A DNA stretch of 64,000 nt from a bacterium (GTDB lineage Bacteria > Vulcanimicrobiota > Xenobia > Xenobiales > Xenobiaceae), in NCBI GenBank assembly GCA_022839105.1, contig JALHDH010000009.1, forward strand, positions 4,573 through 68,572, written 5' to 3'. Under the pieces are notes generated by a model. That model worked only from the letters and a program-made list of their open reading frames with translations, searched no databases and was not told the DNA's origin. Every line of letters starts with the position of its first letter. Within the stretch, counting starts at the first letter, position 1. The position numbers and the translations under genes were made by a program. This document shows, piece by piece, positions 16,235-25,481 of the stretch.

Positions 16235-17467
16235 CTAGCGCCTGGAGGGTTTCGGTTCCAGGGTGGCCCGGACCGCCTTGGAAGGGGAAAGAAGTCCGAG
16301 ATGGGAGGTCCCGTCGTAATGCCGGAGCCCGTCAAGCCCACGGGCCGCCAGCCGACGATCCACCTCCGAGGAGTCCAGGAGCGCAGGGTCCAGGCTCGAG
16401 GAAGCCGTGGCAAAAGCCCAGTTGGCGTGGAAGGAGGGAATCGAGGCCACCAGGCTGGTCACCTTGGGGAAGACCCGGGCCAGGGCCTCACGGATCCTGC
16501 GATGGCCTTCGAGATAGAGGAAGTCCCCCCGGCCCGCCTGCATCGAGAAGATCCCCGGCTCGGCGAGGCGCTCCCGGACCAGGCGAAAGAATCCTTGCGA
16601 GAAGAGGCTCTGCGACGGGCTCTCGGGATGGGGATCCGTCAGATCGCTGATCACCACGTCGAAGCTCCCCTCGACTCCCTCCAGGAAGGCCCGGGCATCG
16701 CCGAAGACCAGGCGGGCCCGAGGGTCCTCGAAGGCTCCGGAGGCGTACTCGGGAGCGTGGCGCCGGCAGACTTCCACCACCTCCCGATCCAGATCCACCA
16801 GGAAGGCCTCCTGGACGCTGGGGTGGCGCAGCACCTCGCGCAGGGTGGCCCCCTCTCCGCCCCCCAGGATCGCGACCCTTCGCGGTTCGGGATGGACGAT
16901 CATGGCCGGATGGACGATCGTCTCGTGGTAGATGAACTCGTCGCGGGTCGCGGACTGGAAATCCCCGTCGAGCAGCAGGTAGGTGCCATACAGGGGGTTC
17001 TGCAGCAGGGCCACCTCCTGGAAGGCCGTCCGCCCACGGAAGAGTTCGCGGCGAACCCGGTGGGACACGGCGACGTCCTGGCCCTCGCTGCGCAGGACGT
17101 GGCCGAAGGCGCCTCCCGGACGAGGCAGGCCCCTGTCCAGGGTGGTCAGGGTCATCTGCCTGGATCCCAGGAACTCGGCCAGATAACGACAGGCCCTTTC
17201 CGGGTCCGTGTGCAGCCCGCAGGTATAGACATCGATGGCTGCATATCCGAGCTCGGGCCAGGTGTGGATCGACAGGTGTGATTCTGCGATCACCACGACA
17301 CCGCTGACGCCTTGCGGAGAGAATCGATGGAAGGCGACTTCGCGCACCTCGGCGCCCGCCTCCTGGGCAGCCCGGACCATGGCGTTGCGAACCAGGTCGA
17401 GGTCTGCCAGCCGGTCCTGCCTGCACTGAGACAGCTCGGCGATGATATGGGTTCCCAGAGCGATCAT
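16235..17467 (-). CDS. speE: Fusion protein: S-adenosylmethionine decarboxylase proenzyme (SpeH/SpeD type) + spermidine synthase (SpeE)
   Basis: The N-terminal roughly 115 aa carry the VSGVVVIAESHLSIHTWPE self-processing site (ES|S). The C-terminal part carries LLLDG..Q....DEFIYHE, ILGGGEGATLRE, LVDLD and ISDLTDP aminopropyltransferase motifs. ATG at 17467 has a GGAG RBS. Confidence 0.85.
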   Translation of the reverse strand: MIALGTHIIAELSQCRQDRLADLDLVRNAMVRAAQEAGAEVREVAFHRFSPQGVSGVVVIAESHLSIHTWPELGYAAIDVYTCGLHTDPERACRYLAEFLGSRQMTLTTLDRGLPRPGGAFGHVLRSEGQDVAVSHRVRRELFRGRTAFQEVALLQNPLYGTYLLLDGDFQSATRDEFIYHETIVHPAMIVHPEPRRVAILGGGEGATLREVLRHPSVQEAFLVDLDREVVEVCRRHAPEYASGAFEDPRARLVFGDARAFLEGVEGSFDVVISDLTDPHPESPSQSLFSQGFFRLVRERLAEPGIFSMQAGRGDFLYLEGHRRIREALARVFPKVTSLVASIPSFHANWAFATASSSLDPALLDSSEVDRRLAARGLDGLRHYDGTSHLGLLSPSKAVRATLEPKPSRR

Positions 17468-17510
17468 TGCAAATCTCCATTCCCGGAGTGATTTGCGGAG
17501 TCCCACCTCC

Positions 17511-17545
17511 AAAACGCCCCGCCTGGAGGATGAATCCAGGAGGGG
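17511..17545 (-). promoter_or_regulatory. Terminator-like hairpin inside the speH-speE 5' leader (possible attenuator)
   Basis: On the minus strand: CCCCTCCTGGA-TTCATCC-TCCAGGCGGGG (11-bp stem with 1 mismatch) followed by CGTTTTGG. It lies about 45 nt upstream of the start codon, and no upstream co-directional gene needs terminating. Confidence 0.3.
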
Positions 17546-17572
17546 CCGCGGCCAGGATTTGCCGACCATGGC

Positions 17573-17600
17573 ATTCTATCGAAAGCAGCCAGGGCTGTAA
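17573..17600 (-). promoter_or_regulatory. Candidate sigma70-type promoter TTACAG-16 nt-TAGAAT for speH-speE
   Basis: Read on the minus strand; it would give a leader of roughly 100 nt containing the hairpin above. Confidence 0.25.
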
Positions 17601-17758
17601 AGCGCGGACTGGAGCCATTGCGCAGGGCCGAGGCCACCGAGGCGGCGACCGCGCCGACGGAGTTCGCGCCTCGGCGCGCCCACCTGGACCTCTCCCGGGT
17701 TCCTCGGGCCCTTCCCAGGGCAACCAGGAGGCGGGCCGGGCAAGGTGAATCCGAGGCC

Positions 17759-19699
17759 ATGGCCTGTGTCGGCGAATCTGCCCCCCGCCCTGGCTCCAAC
17801 CCACCCCCGCCGCCTTCAGGCTCCGGGGTCCCGATCCGACTCTGGGAGATCCTCGCCGTGGCCGCCGTGGCGGCCGTGTTCCTGGGCCTGGACTTCGCCT
17901 GGATCGACCTTCACCACGACTTCCTGTACGACGACGCCCATCCCCACCTGATGCACCTGGTCGGGCTGGCCTGGCGGCCGCTGGAGACCCCCTATCCCTA
18001 TCCCCCGCTCCCCTATCGCGTGGTGCTGGCCGGCTGGAACCTCCTGGGCATGGACATCCGCGTCGCCCAGAAGAGCCTGGCCTGCTGCTCGGTCCCCTTC
18101 GTCTTCGCGACGTGGGCCTGGGCCCGCTTCCACCTCAAGCCGACGGGAAGCCTCCTGGTTGCCCTGGTGGCCGCAGGCGCCCCCTGGCTGACCACCTACG
18201 GGCGCCTCCTGGGCCTGGAGGTGATCTCGGCCGCCTGCCTGGCAGGATTGATGGCTGCCCTGGCCTGGAGTCGGGGATTCACCCGGCCCCTCCCGACCCT
18301 CCTGATCGGCCTGGGGGCTGGAGCCGGCCTGCTCGCCTCGCTCCAGTTCCTCTCCTTCGCCCTGCTCCCCTGGCTTGTTGCGGGAGTGCGGACCTGGAGG
18401 GGCGGCCGGACCGCCCGAGTCCTGCTGCTCGGCGCCGCCGGGGTGGCCTGCCTGGTCCTGCTCGTGTTGGCCCCGTTCTCGGAGCGGGAACAACCTCCGA
18501 CCCAGGCCTGGGTGGCGACGATCGGCCTGGCCCTGCTGCTTGTTGCACTGGCCGGATGGCTCCGGCACAGCGACTCCCCGAGCCCCGGCCTCTGGAATCC
18601 GGGAGCGGGACTGGCCCTCTCGGTGGGCCTGGCCCTGGTTCTGAGCCTGCCGTGGTATCTGGACAACTTCGCCTCGATCCAGGCCCGAGGTCTGGACACG
18701 GTCGGCCATCCCCACTCACTGGGGGTGACCCTGCCTCAGTACCTGCTCCAGATCGGGACGACCTGGACGGGGGCCTTCCTGCTCCTGCCCTTCTCGATGG
18801 TGGCCTGCCTGCGCACCAGGAGCCTGCGCGACAGCGTCCTGACGGCCCTGGCCGCCACTGCGCTGGGAGTCCTGGCCATCGCGGATTCAGGAGCCCGCTG
18901 GCTGCCCCGCTACATCCTGAGTGCCACCCCCCTCCTGGTCTTCGCAGGGATGGCCCCGCTGGCCTGGCAGGTCGACCGGCTGGGAAGGCTCCTCAAGGCC
19001 GGCATCCTGATCGGCGCCCTGGCCCTGTCCCTGATGCAGGTGGGCTCCTTCCTGTGGGCGCCGGGGGCCCTCCCCCTGAACCTGCGTCAGGCCCCCTCCC
19101 TCACCCTGGGTCGGATCGTGCGGACTCTTCCCCCCAATCCGGTGCCCTATCCCTGGGAGGCGGTGCTGGCCCACCGACCCGCCGGACTGCTGGTCTGCGA
19201 TCTCTTTCCGGAAGGCCGTTCCTGGAGCGTCCCTGCGGATCGCCTCGAGGCCCTGGCCGGCCTCCGGGGCCTCGAGATGCGCTTCGAAATCCGCCGAGCC
19301 GGATCCCCGGCGCCCCCCCCGGACCCGAGGGGATTCGACTTCCTGCTCCTGATCCGACCGGAAGGGATCCCTCGGGAACAGGCTTTCCGGGACTTCCCCT
19401 GGCTCGAGGTCTATCAGCCCGTCCAGAGCTGGAGGATGGCCCATCCTCCAGCCTGGTGCACCCCTCCGTGGGAGACCGCCTACCCGCCCTGCGCGAGCTC
19501 CGGCCACCGCTTCGAGATCCAGCTCCTTCGAAGGACAGGTGATGCCGAGACCTCCAGCGGAACGCTCCCAGGGCTCCTCCAGGACCCCACCACTCCCGAA
19601 CCCCGGACGGCCCCGGCCAGGGAAGTTCAGTGGGCCCCGTCGGGGATGATCTCCGAAAGACATGTATCGGTCCAGTGGGAGCCTGGGAAGGTGGATTGA
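17759..19699 (+). CDS. Polytopic membrane protein (about 13 TM plus a roughly 190-aa C-terminal domain), possibly a GT-C fold (ArnT/PMT-like) glycosyltransferase
   Basis: The topology resembles GT39/GT83 enzymes. I could not read a diagnostic catalytic motif. The start is uncertain (ATG 17759 chosen; the ORF opens at 17618). Confidence 0.5.
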   Translation: MACVGESAPRPGSNPPPPPSGSGVPIRLWEILAVAAVAAVFLGLDFAWIDLHHDFLYDDAHPHLMHLVGLAWRPLETPYPYPPLPYRVVLAGWNLLGMDIRVAQKSLACCSVPFVFATWAWARFHLKPTGSLLVALVAAGAPWLTTYGRLLGLEVISAACLAGLMAALAWSRGFTRPLPTLLIGLGAGAGLLASLQFLSFALLPWLVAGVRTWRGGRTARVLLLGAAGVACLVLLVLAPFSEREQPPTQAWVATIGLALLLVALAGWLRHSDSPSPGLWNPGAGLALSVGLALVLSLPWYLDNFASIQARGLDTVGHPHSLGVTLPQYLLQIGTTWTGAFLLLPFSMVACLRTRSLRDSVLTALAATALGVLAIADSGARWLPRYILSATPLLVFAGMAPLAWQVDRLGRLLKAGILIGALALSLMQVGSFLWAPGALPLNLRQAPSLTLGRIVRTLPPNPVPYPWEAVLAHRPAGLLVCDLFPEGRSWSVPADRLEALAGLRGLEMRFEIRRAGSPAPPPDPRGFDFLLLIRPEGIPREQAFRDFPWLEVYQPVQSWRMAHPPAWCTPPWETAYPPCASSGHRFEIQLLRRTGDAETSSGTLPGLLQDPTTPEPRTAPAREVQWAPSGMISERHVSVQWEPGKVD

Positions 19700-20235
19700 A
19701 CCAGGACCCGCACCTTGTCCCCCGGTCGCACCAGGATCTCGGGGAAGGAGACCCTCTGGACGCCCGGGGCGTCCAGCAGGTGGATGCGCAGAAGAGGGGT
19801 CCGGTTGAGCTCGAGGCGCAGCACCCTCACCCGCGAGTTCTTCCGCCAGATCTCAGGGGTCTTCCCGTACCCGTTGTAGACGCGGAATCCACGCATGGGA
19901 ATGCCCTGCTCGAGGTTGCGGGCCGACTTGAAGTTCCATTCCAGCCACTCGCCGGCGCCCTTGCTGGCCCAGCAGGTCTTCTCGGAGCCATCCTCCAGGC
20001 GAGAAGCGTCATAGTGGTTGCCCTTCTCGGGGGGCAGGAAGGAGCTCACCGCCAGGCTCCAGCCGATGGCACAGGCCAGGCTGCAGCCTGCGAAATCCCG
20101 GACCTTCGCCTCCGGCTCCAGGACGGCCTGGACCTCGGGAAGGCCAGCCAGGACGGGCATGCCCAGGGAAAACCAGAGAATCCCCAGCAACAGGGCCAGA
20201 CGAGGGAGCCCGGACCGCGAGTTCATGAAGCGCAT
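19627..20235 (-). CDS. Secreted protein with a discoidin / F5-8 type C-like (glycan-binding-type) beta-sandwich domain
   Basis: Signal peptide MRFMNSRSGLPRLALLLGILWFSLGMPVLAG. Pattern ...YDASRLEDGSEKTCWASKGAGEWLEWNF...GFRVYNGYGK....RKNSRVRVLRLEL, typical of the small carbohydrate-binding domains found in many bacterial surface proteins. The start lies 3 nt after the ankyrin gene stop. Confidence 0.55.
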   Translation of the reverse strand: MRFMNSRSGLPRLALLLGILWFSLGMPVLAGLPEVQAVLEPEAKVRDFAGCSLACAIGWSLAVSSFLPPEKGNHYDASRLEDGSEKTCWASKGAGEWLEWNFKSARNLEQGIPMRGFRVYNGYGKTPEIWRKNSRVRVLRLELNRTPLLRIHLLDAPGVQRVSFPEILVRPGDKVRVLVQSTFPGSHWTDTCLSEIIPDGAH

Positions 20236-20238
20236 CCC

Positions 20239-21080
20239 CTAGCTTCCCTCCTGCAGAAGACGAACTGCCTCCAGATGACCGCGAGCTCGCGCGATCTCCA
20301 GGGCGGTCCGCCCCTGACGGTTGCGCAGGCCCCGGGAGGCTCCCGCATCCAACAGGGCCTTCACCACCGCCGGGTTTCCCTGGGCCGCGGCCTTCATCAG
20401 GGCGTGGAGCCATCCTGGGAAGCCTGGTCCACGCGAGCGCCCGACTCCAGCAGCAGAAGGACCGGACGGGACTGGCCCGCCGCCGCGGCCAGGTGCAGGG
20501 GGGTCAGGCCCTCGGGAGTCTCCCCATCCACCGGCACTCCCAGCTCGACCACCGCCTTCATCGACTCCATGTGCGCACCTCGAGCCAGAAGATGCAGCAC
20601 GCTGGCTCCGCGCATCCGGGCCTGGAGATCGGCGCCCCGGGCCACCAGGAGCCGAAGGACCTCGGCGCGACGGGCCTCGTCCAGGCTGCCGATCTCGGCC
20701 ACCGAGTGCACGATGGCGTAGCCGCCCGAACTGCGGGCGTCGGGATCGGCACCGGCGTCCAGCAACCGGGCCATGACCTCGAGCTGCCCCCCGGTCGAGG
20801 CCCAGTCCAGCGGAGTCCGCCCCGAGCGATCCCGCGGGTCGACCGAGGCCTTCCGAGCCAACAGGTACTCCACCACCTCGTTCCTCCCCCGGGAGGCCGC
20901 CTGATGCAAGGCCGTCTCGCCCAGATATCCCGACTGGTCGACCGGGATCCCCTGGACCTCCAGCAGTTCACGGACCCGGGCCAGGTTTCCCGAGGCCGCC
21001 GAATCGTGCACGGGCCCGGCCAGGGCCGGGAGGGCGAAAAGCGACAAGAGCAACACGACGAGTGGGGTTCCAATGCGCAT
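20239..21080 (-). pseudogene. Secreted ankyrin-repeat protein (AnkB-like) interrupted by a 1-nt frameshift near 20400
   Basis: ATG at 21080 and signal peptide [22 protein letters not shown], then ankyrin repeats (G.TALH.AA..G...VV..LL..GA). The frame ends at ...QDGSTP-TGA (stop 20397-20399). Another frame continues seamlessly as LMKAAAQGNPAVVKALLDAGA...GRTALEIARARGHLEAVRLLQEGS-stop (20239-20241). Adding one C to the CCC run restores DGSTPLMKAAAQGN. Confidence 0.7.
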
Positions 21081-21222
21081 GGAGAGGACTTCGCCCTTCC
21101 AGCCGGGTCGACCTGTGCCTTCCAAAGCGTGCCGAAGGAGTGCCGACCTCCCGAAGGAAGGCGTTCCCCGGTCCAGAACATGGAGTCTCCCGCATGTCGA
21201 ATTCCACCCCCAGGAGGACCGA

Positions 21223-22743
21223 ATGGCAGACCACAAGACGAATGTTCCCCGCATGACCAACGCGGTCGGCGCCCCCGTGGCGGACAACACCCATATCCTG
21301 ACCGCCGGCTCCCGCGGCCCGCAACTCCTCCAGGACGTCTGGTTCCTCGAGAAACTGGCCCACTTCGACCGGGAGGTGATCCCCGAGCGGCGCATGCACG
21401 CCAAGGGAAGTGGCGCCTTCGGCCACTTCACCGTGACCCACGACATCACCCGATACACCCGCGCCAGGCTCTTCTCGGAGGTGGGAAAGCAGACCCCCGT
21501 CTTCGTCCGCTTCTCGACGGTGGCCGGGGAGCGCGGGGCGGCCGACGCCGAGCGGGACATCCGTGGTTTTGCCATCAAGTTCTATACCGAGGAGGGGAAC
21601 TGGGACCTGGTCGGCAACAACACGCCGGTCTTCTTCCTGCGCGATCCTCTGCAGTTCCCCGGCCTGAACCGGGCGGTCAAGCGCGATCCCAAGACCAACC
21701 TGCGCACCCCCCAGAACAACTGGGACTTCTGGACGCTGCTTCCCGAGGCCCTGCACCAGATCACCATCGTGATGTCCGACCGGGGCATCCCCGCCTCCTA
21801 TCGGCACATGCACGGTTTCGGCAGCCACACCTTCAGCATGATCAACGCCGCCAACGAGCGGGTCTGGGTCAAGTTCCACTTCAAGACCCGGCAGGGGATC
21901 AAGAACCTGACCAACCAGGAAGCCGCCGAGCTGGTCGGCAGGTGCCGTGAGAGCCATCAGCGCGACCTCTTCGGGGCCATCGAGCGCGGAGAGTTCCCGA
22001 GCTGGACCCTGTACCTCCAGGTCATGACCGAAGAGCAGGCCAAAAACCACTACGAGAACCCCTTCGACATCACCAAGGTCTGGCCCCACGGCGAGTTCCC
22101 GATGATCGAGGTGGGAATCCTGGAGCTCAACAAGAACCCCGAGAACTATTTTGCAGACGTCGAGCAGGCCGCCTTCAACCCGGCCCACGTCGTGCCGGGA
22201 ATCGGCTTCTCGCCCGACAAGCTCCTGCAGGGCCGTCTCTTCTCGTATGGCGACGCCCAGCGCTACCGCTTGGGGGTGAACCACGACCAGATCCCCGTGA
22301 ACTCCGCCCGATGCCCGGTGCACTCCTACCACCGCGACGGGATGATGCGCGTGGACGGGAACCTGGGCGCCACGGTGCACTACGATCCCAACAGCGAGGG
22401 CCAGTGGGCGGACAGTCCCGAGTTCCGCGAGCCGCCTTTGGACCTGGAGGGGGCCGCCTGGCACTACGACCCCAAGGACGACCCCACCGACGATGTGTTC
22501 AAGGCTCCGGGCCGGCTGTACCGGCTGATGACCGAAGAGAAGCGCTCGCTTCTGATCTCCAACACCATCGCCGACATCATGCCCGTCACCGAGAACGTGA
22601 AGTACCGCCACGTCTCCCAATGCTACAACGCAGACGTGGAGTATGGAACCCGCCTGGCCGAGGGCCTGGGCCTGGACCTGGAGCACGTCAAGAAGCTGGC
22701 CGCCATGAGCCACGCCGAGCGGCGTCAGGCGACGCTGAAGTAG
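21223..22743 (+). CDS. katA: Monofunctional haem catalase (small-subunit, clade 3-like)
   Basis: [20 protein letters not shown] (distal His), [39 protein letters not shown] (proximal Tyr). ATG at 21223 is preceded by AGGAGG. Confidence 0.95.
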   Translation: MADHKTNVPRMTNAVGAPVADNTHILTAGSRGPQLLQDVWFLEKLAHFDREVIPERRMHAKGSGAFGHFTVTHDITRYTRARLFSEVGKQTPVFVRFSTVAGERGAADAERDIRGFAIKFYTEEGNWDLVGNNTPVFFLRDPLQFPGLNRAVKRDPKTNLRTPQNNWDFWTLLPEALHQITIVMSDRGIPASYRHMHGFGSHTFSMINAANERVWVKFHFKTRQGIKNLTNQEAAELVGRCRESHQRDLFGAIERGEFPSWTLYLQVMTEEQAKNHYENPFDITKVWPHGEFPMIEVGILELNKNPENYFADVEQAAFNPAHVVPGIGFSPDKLLQGRLFSYGDAQRYRLGVNHDQIPVNSARCPVHSYHRDGMMRVDGNLGATVHYDPNSEGQWADSPEFREPPLDLEGAAWHYDPKDDPTDDVFKAPGRLYRLMTEEKRSLLISNTIADIMPVTENVKYRHVSQCYNADVEYGTRLAEGLGLDLEHVKKLAAMSHAERRQATLK

Positions 22744-22768
22744 CCTGCCCGGACGGGCGCTGAGACGG

Positions 22769-22802
22769 ACGAGGCCCTGCCGGGGTTCCCGGCAGGGCCT
22801 CG
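22769..22802. terminator. Bidirectional terminator hairpin between catalase and the CoADR-family gene
   Basis: ACGAGGCCCTGCCGG-GGTT-CCGGCAGGGCCTCGT: a 15-bp perfect stem with a 4-nt loop, between convergent stops. Confidence 0.65.
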
Positions 22803-22825
22803 TTCCTGGATCCGAAGTCGATTCT

Positions 22826-25324
22826 TCAGATGAAGAGCGTGGTGCCGGCGTTCTCGTTGGCCGCGATGTAGGCGCCCACCCCGCCGTACTCGATCCCGTC
22901 GAGGAGTTCCTCCTTCTTGATGCCCATCAGGTCCATCGACATGGTGCAGGCGATGAAGGTGACCCCCAAATCCATGGCCTTGCGCATCATGACCTCCAGC
23001 GAATCGACGTTCTTCGCCTTCATGATCCCCTGGATCATGGCCTTGCCCAGGCCAGCCATGTTCATCTGCGAGAGGCTCAATCGTGCCGCTCCCCGAGGCA
23101 TCATCATGCCGAACATCTTCTCCACCAGGGTCTTGGAGACCGGAGGCGCTTCCTCCTTGCGCAGCGCGTTGAGACCCCAGAAGGTGAAGAAGACGGTGAC
23201 CCGCTTGCCCTGGGCCGCTGCTCCCTGGGCGATCACCATCGCGGCCAGGGCCTTGTCGAGATCTCCGCTGAAGAGCACGAGGGTGGCGTTCTCCTGCGTC
23301 GCGCAGGCCCCACCCCTGGAAACTGCCGCCCCGGAACGAGAGCCTTTGACGATCTCGGCGATGTGCTTGTTGCCTTCCCTGGAGAGACTGGCCAGGGTAT
23401 GCCCGTTGGTCCGACACCAGGACTCGATGTCCTTGGCGAAGCCCATGTCCGTGGTGACCACGCGAACCCGGTCTCCCTCCGCCGCCTCCCGGACGGCCTG
23501 ATAGGTCGCCAGAAGCGGCCCCGGGCACTGCAGGCCCACCGCATCGACGAGCTTGACCTGGCTGGAGGACTCCTCCGCCTCGACGGGGAGGCTCTGGCCG
23601 GTGATCTCGTCGACCTCGACGCGAGATCCGGTGCTGGCGGCGGTGCCGAGTCGGTAGGAATAGGCCTTGAAGGTCGAGTAGCCGCCCGAGACGTTGAAGA
23701 GGCGGGTGAAGCCGTGAGCGCGGAGGATGAGGATGGCCAGGTAGGCCCGCAGGCCGACCTGGCAGTTCACATGGATCGGAGTGTCCTTGGGGACCTGGAT
23801 CTCGCCGAGCCGCTCCCGCAACTCGTCGAGTTCGATGTTCACCGCGCCGGGGAAGTGGCCCGTCGAGAACTCCGTCGGCGTACGGACATCCAGGAAGAAG
23901 GCTCCTTCGGCGGCCAGGCTCTCGATCCGGTCGACCCCGACCACCCCATACTCCCGATTGAAGACGTTCTCGGCGATATAGCCCAGGATGTTGACGGGAT
24001 CCTTGGCGCTGGAGAAGGGCGGGGCATAGCTCAGTTCCAGATCGGCCAGATCCTGGACCTTCGCCCCCAGCTTGATGGCGGTGGCGATCACGTCGATGCG
24101 CTTCTCGGTGCCTTCCTGTCCCACCGCCTGGGCGCCCTGGACCTGACCCGTCTCGGGATGGAAGAGGAGCTTCAAGGCGATGTTGGTGGCGCCGGGATAG
24201 TAGCCGGCGTGGTTGCCCCGGTGGGCATGGATCGCCAGGGAAGGGATCCCGCGCGTCTCCAGGGTCCGCTGGTTGTTCCCGGTGGCCGCGACGGTGAGGT
24301 TGAAGACCTTCAGGACCGAGGTCCCCAGGGATCCGCGGTACTCGACATCCCGACCGTGGATGATGTCGGCCACCAGGCGGCCCTGGCGATTGGCCGGCCA
24401 GGCCAGGGCGATGGCCGTGTCCTGCCCCGTCACGAAATCCTTGACCTGGATCGCGTCCCCGATGGCGTAGACGTCCGGCAGCTCCTGGCCGGTCTCGGCG
24501 TCCAGGGTGCGCAGCCTGGAGGTGGTGACCACGTGGCCGCGAGGCCCGAGCTTCAACCCCGCCGCCTTGGCCAGGGCGTTCTCGGGGGTCACGCCGATCG
24601 AGAGGATCACCAGATCGGCTTCCAGGGTCCGACCGGACTCCAGGTGCAGGAAGCGGCCCTTCTCGGTGAAGCGCGAGACCCCGTCGCCCAGGACCAGCTC
24701 GACCCCGTGGGCCTCCATCTCCTGGTGCACCATCTGGGCCATCTCGAAGTCCAGGGGAGCCAGGATCTGGGGCATCTTCTCGACCAGGGTGACCTTCAGG
24801 CCCCGCTCGACCAGGTTCTCGGCCATCTCCACGCCGATGAAGCCCCCTCCCACCACCACGGCCCGGCGCGGACCGCGCTCCTGGAGGAAGCCCGCGATCG
24901 CGTCGGTGTCGGGGATATTGCGCAAAACGAAGAGATTTTCGGCTTCGGGGAGCCCCGGGATCGGAGGCTGGATGGGGCGGGCTCCAGGCGAGAGGATCAA
25001 GACATCATAGCTCTCGGTGTAGGTTTCGCCGGTCAAGGTCCTGCGGACCGTGACGGTCCGGGCCTTCCGGTCGATCCCCGTCACCTCGCTGAAGTTCCGG
25101 ATGTCCAGGTTGAAGCGCCGGGACATCGCCGGAACGGTCTGCACGAGGAGTTTGTCGCGTTCCTGGATGACTCCGCCCAGATAGTAGGGCAGACCGCAGT
25201 TGGCGAAACTGATGTACTCGTCCCGCTCGAAGACGACGATCTGGTCTTGCTCGCTGAGCCTGCGCAGACGCGCGGCCGCGGTGGCGCCTCCGGCCACTCC
25301 CCCGACGATGAGGATCTTCTTCAT
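22826..25324 (-). CDS. Four-domain sulfur-handling fusion: CoA-disulfide/persulfide reductase (FAD/NAD) + rhodanese + TusA/SirA-like + DsrE/DsrF-like
   Basis: MKKILIVGGVAGGATAA (FAD), SFANCGLPYY (redox Cys), rhodanese loop HVNCQVGLRAY, TusA motif GLQCPGPLL, and a DsrE-like C-terminus (ATLVLFSGDLDKALAA...FIACTMSMDLMG). ATG at 25324. Confidence 0.9.
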   Translation of the reverse strand: MKKILIVGGVAGGATAAARLRRLSEQDQIVVFERDEYISFANCGLPYYLGGVIQERDKLLVQTVPAMSRRFNLDIRNFSEVTGIDRKARTVTVRRTLTGETYTESYDVLILSPGARPIQPPIPGLPEAENLFVLRNIPDTDAIAGFLQERGPRRAVVVGGGFIGVEMAENLVERGLKVTLVEKMPQILAPLDFEMAQMVHQEMEAHGVELVLGDGVSRFTEKGRFLHLESGRTLEADLVILSIGVTPENALAKAAGLKLGPRGHVVTTSRLRTLDAETGQELPDVYAIGDAIQVKDFVTGQDTAIALAWPANRQGRLVADIIHGRDVEYRGSLGTSVLKVFNLTVAATGNNQRTLETRGIPSLAIHAHRGNHAGYYPGATNIALKLLFHPETGQVQGAQAVGQEGTEKRIDVIATAIKLGAKVQDLADLELSYAPPFSSAKDPVNILGYIAENVFNREYGVVGVDRIESLAAEGAFFLDVRTPTEFSTGHFPGAVNIELDELRERLGEIQVPKDTPIHVNCQVGLRAYLAILILRAHGFTRLFNVSGGYSTFKAYSYRLGTAASTGSRVEVDEITGQSLPVEAEESSSQVKLVDAVGLQCPGPLLATYQAVREAAEGDRVRVVTTDMGFAKDIESWCRTNGHTLASLSREGNKHIAEIVKGSRSGAAVSRGGACATQENATLVLFSGDLDKALAAMVIAQGAAAQGKRVTVFFTFWGLNALRKEEAPPVSKTLVEKMFGMMMPRGAARLSLSQMNMAGLGKAMIQGIMKAKNVDSLEVMMRKAMDLGVTFIACTMSMDLMGIKKEELLDGIEYGGVGAYIAANENAGTTLFI

Positions 25325-25481
25325 CTCAAGCTTCCTTTGAAAACGATCATGTTGGTCCCCCTGTCTCCTATGGATGCACTGGACCTCTGGGAGGTTCAGA
25401 CCCGCCACGCCTCTCACCTTTCGAGAGCCAGGAATCTCGCTCCGGAAGGATCCTTGCGGGCCGTGGCGCACCAGGGCGGGG

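Noticed and set aside
20395-20405. Programmed ribosomal frameshift in the ankyrin gene
   Set aside because: No X_XXY_YYZ slippery heptamer or downstream pseudoknot-like structure is evident. A 1-nt indel in a CCC run is the simpler explanation.
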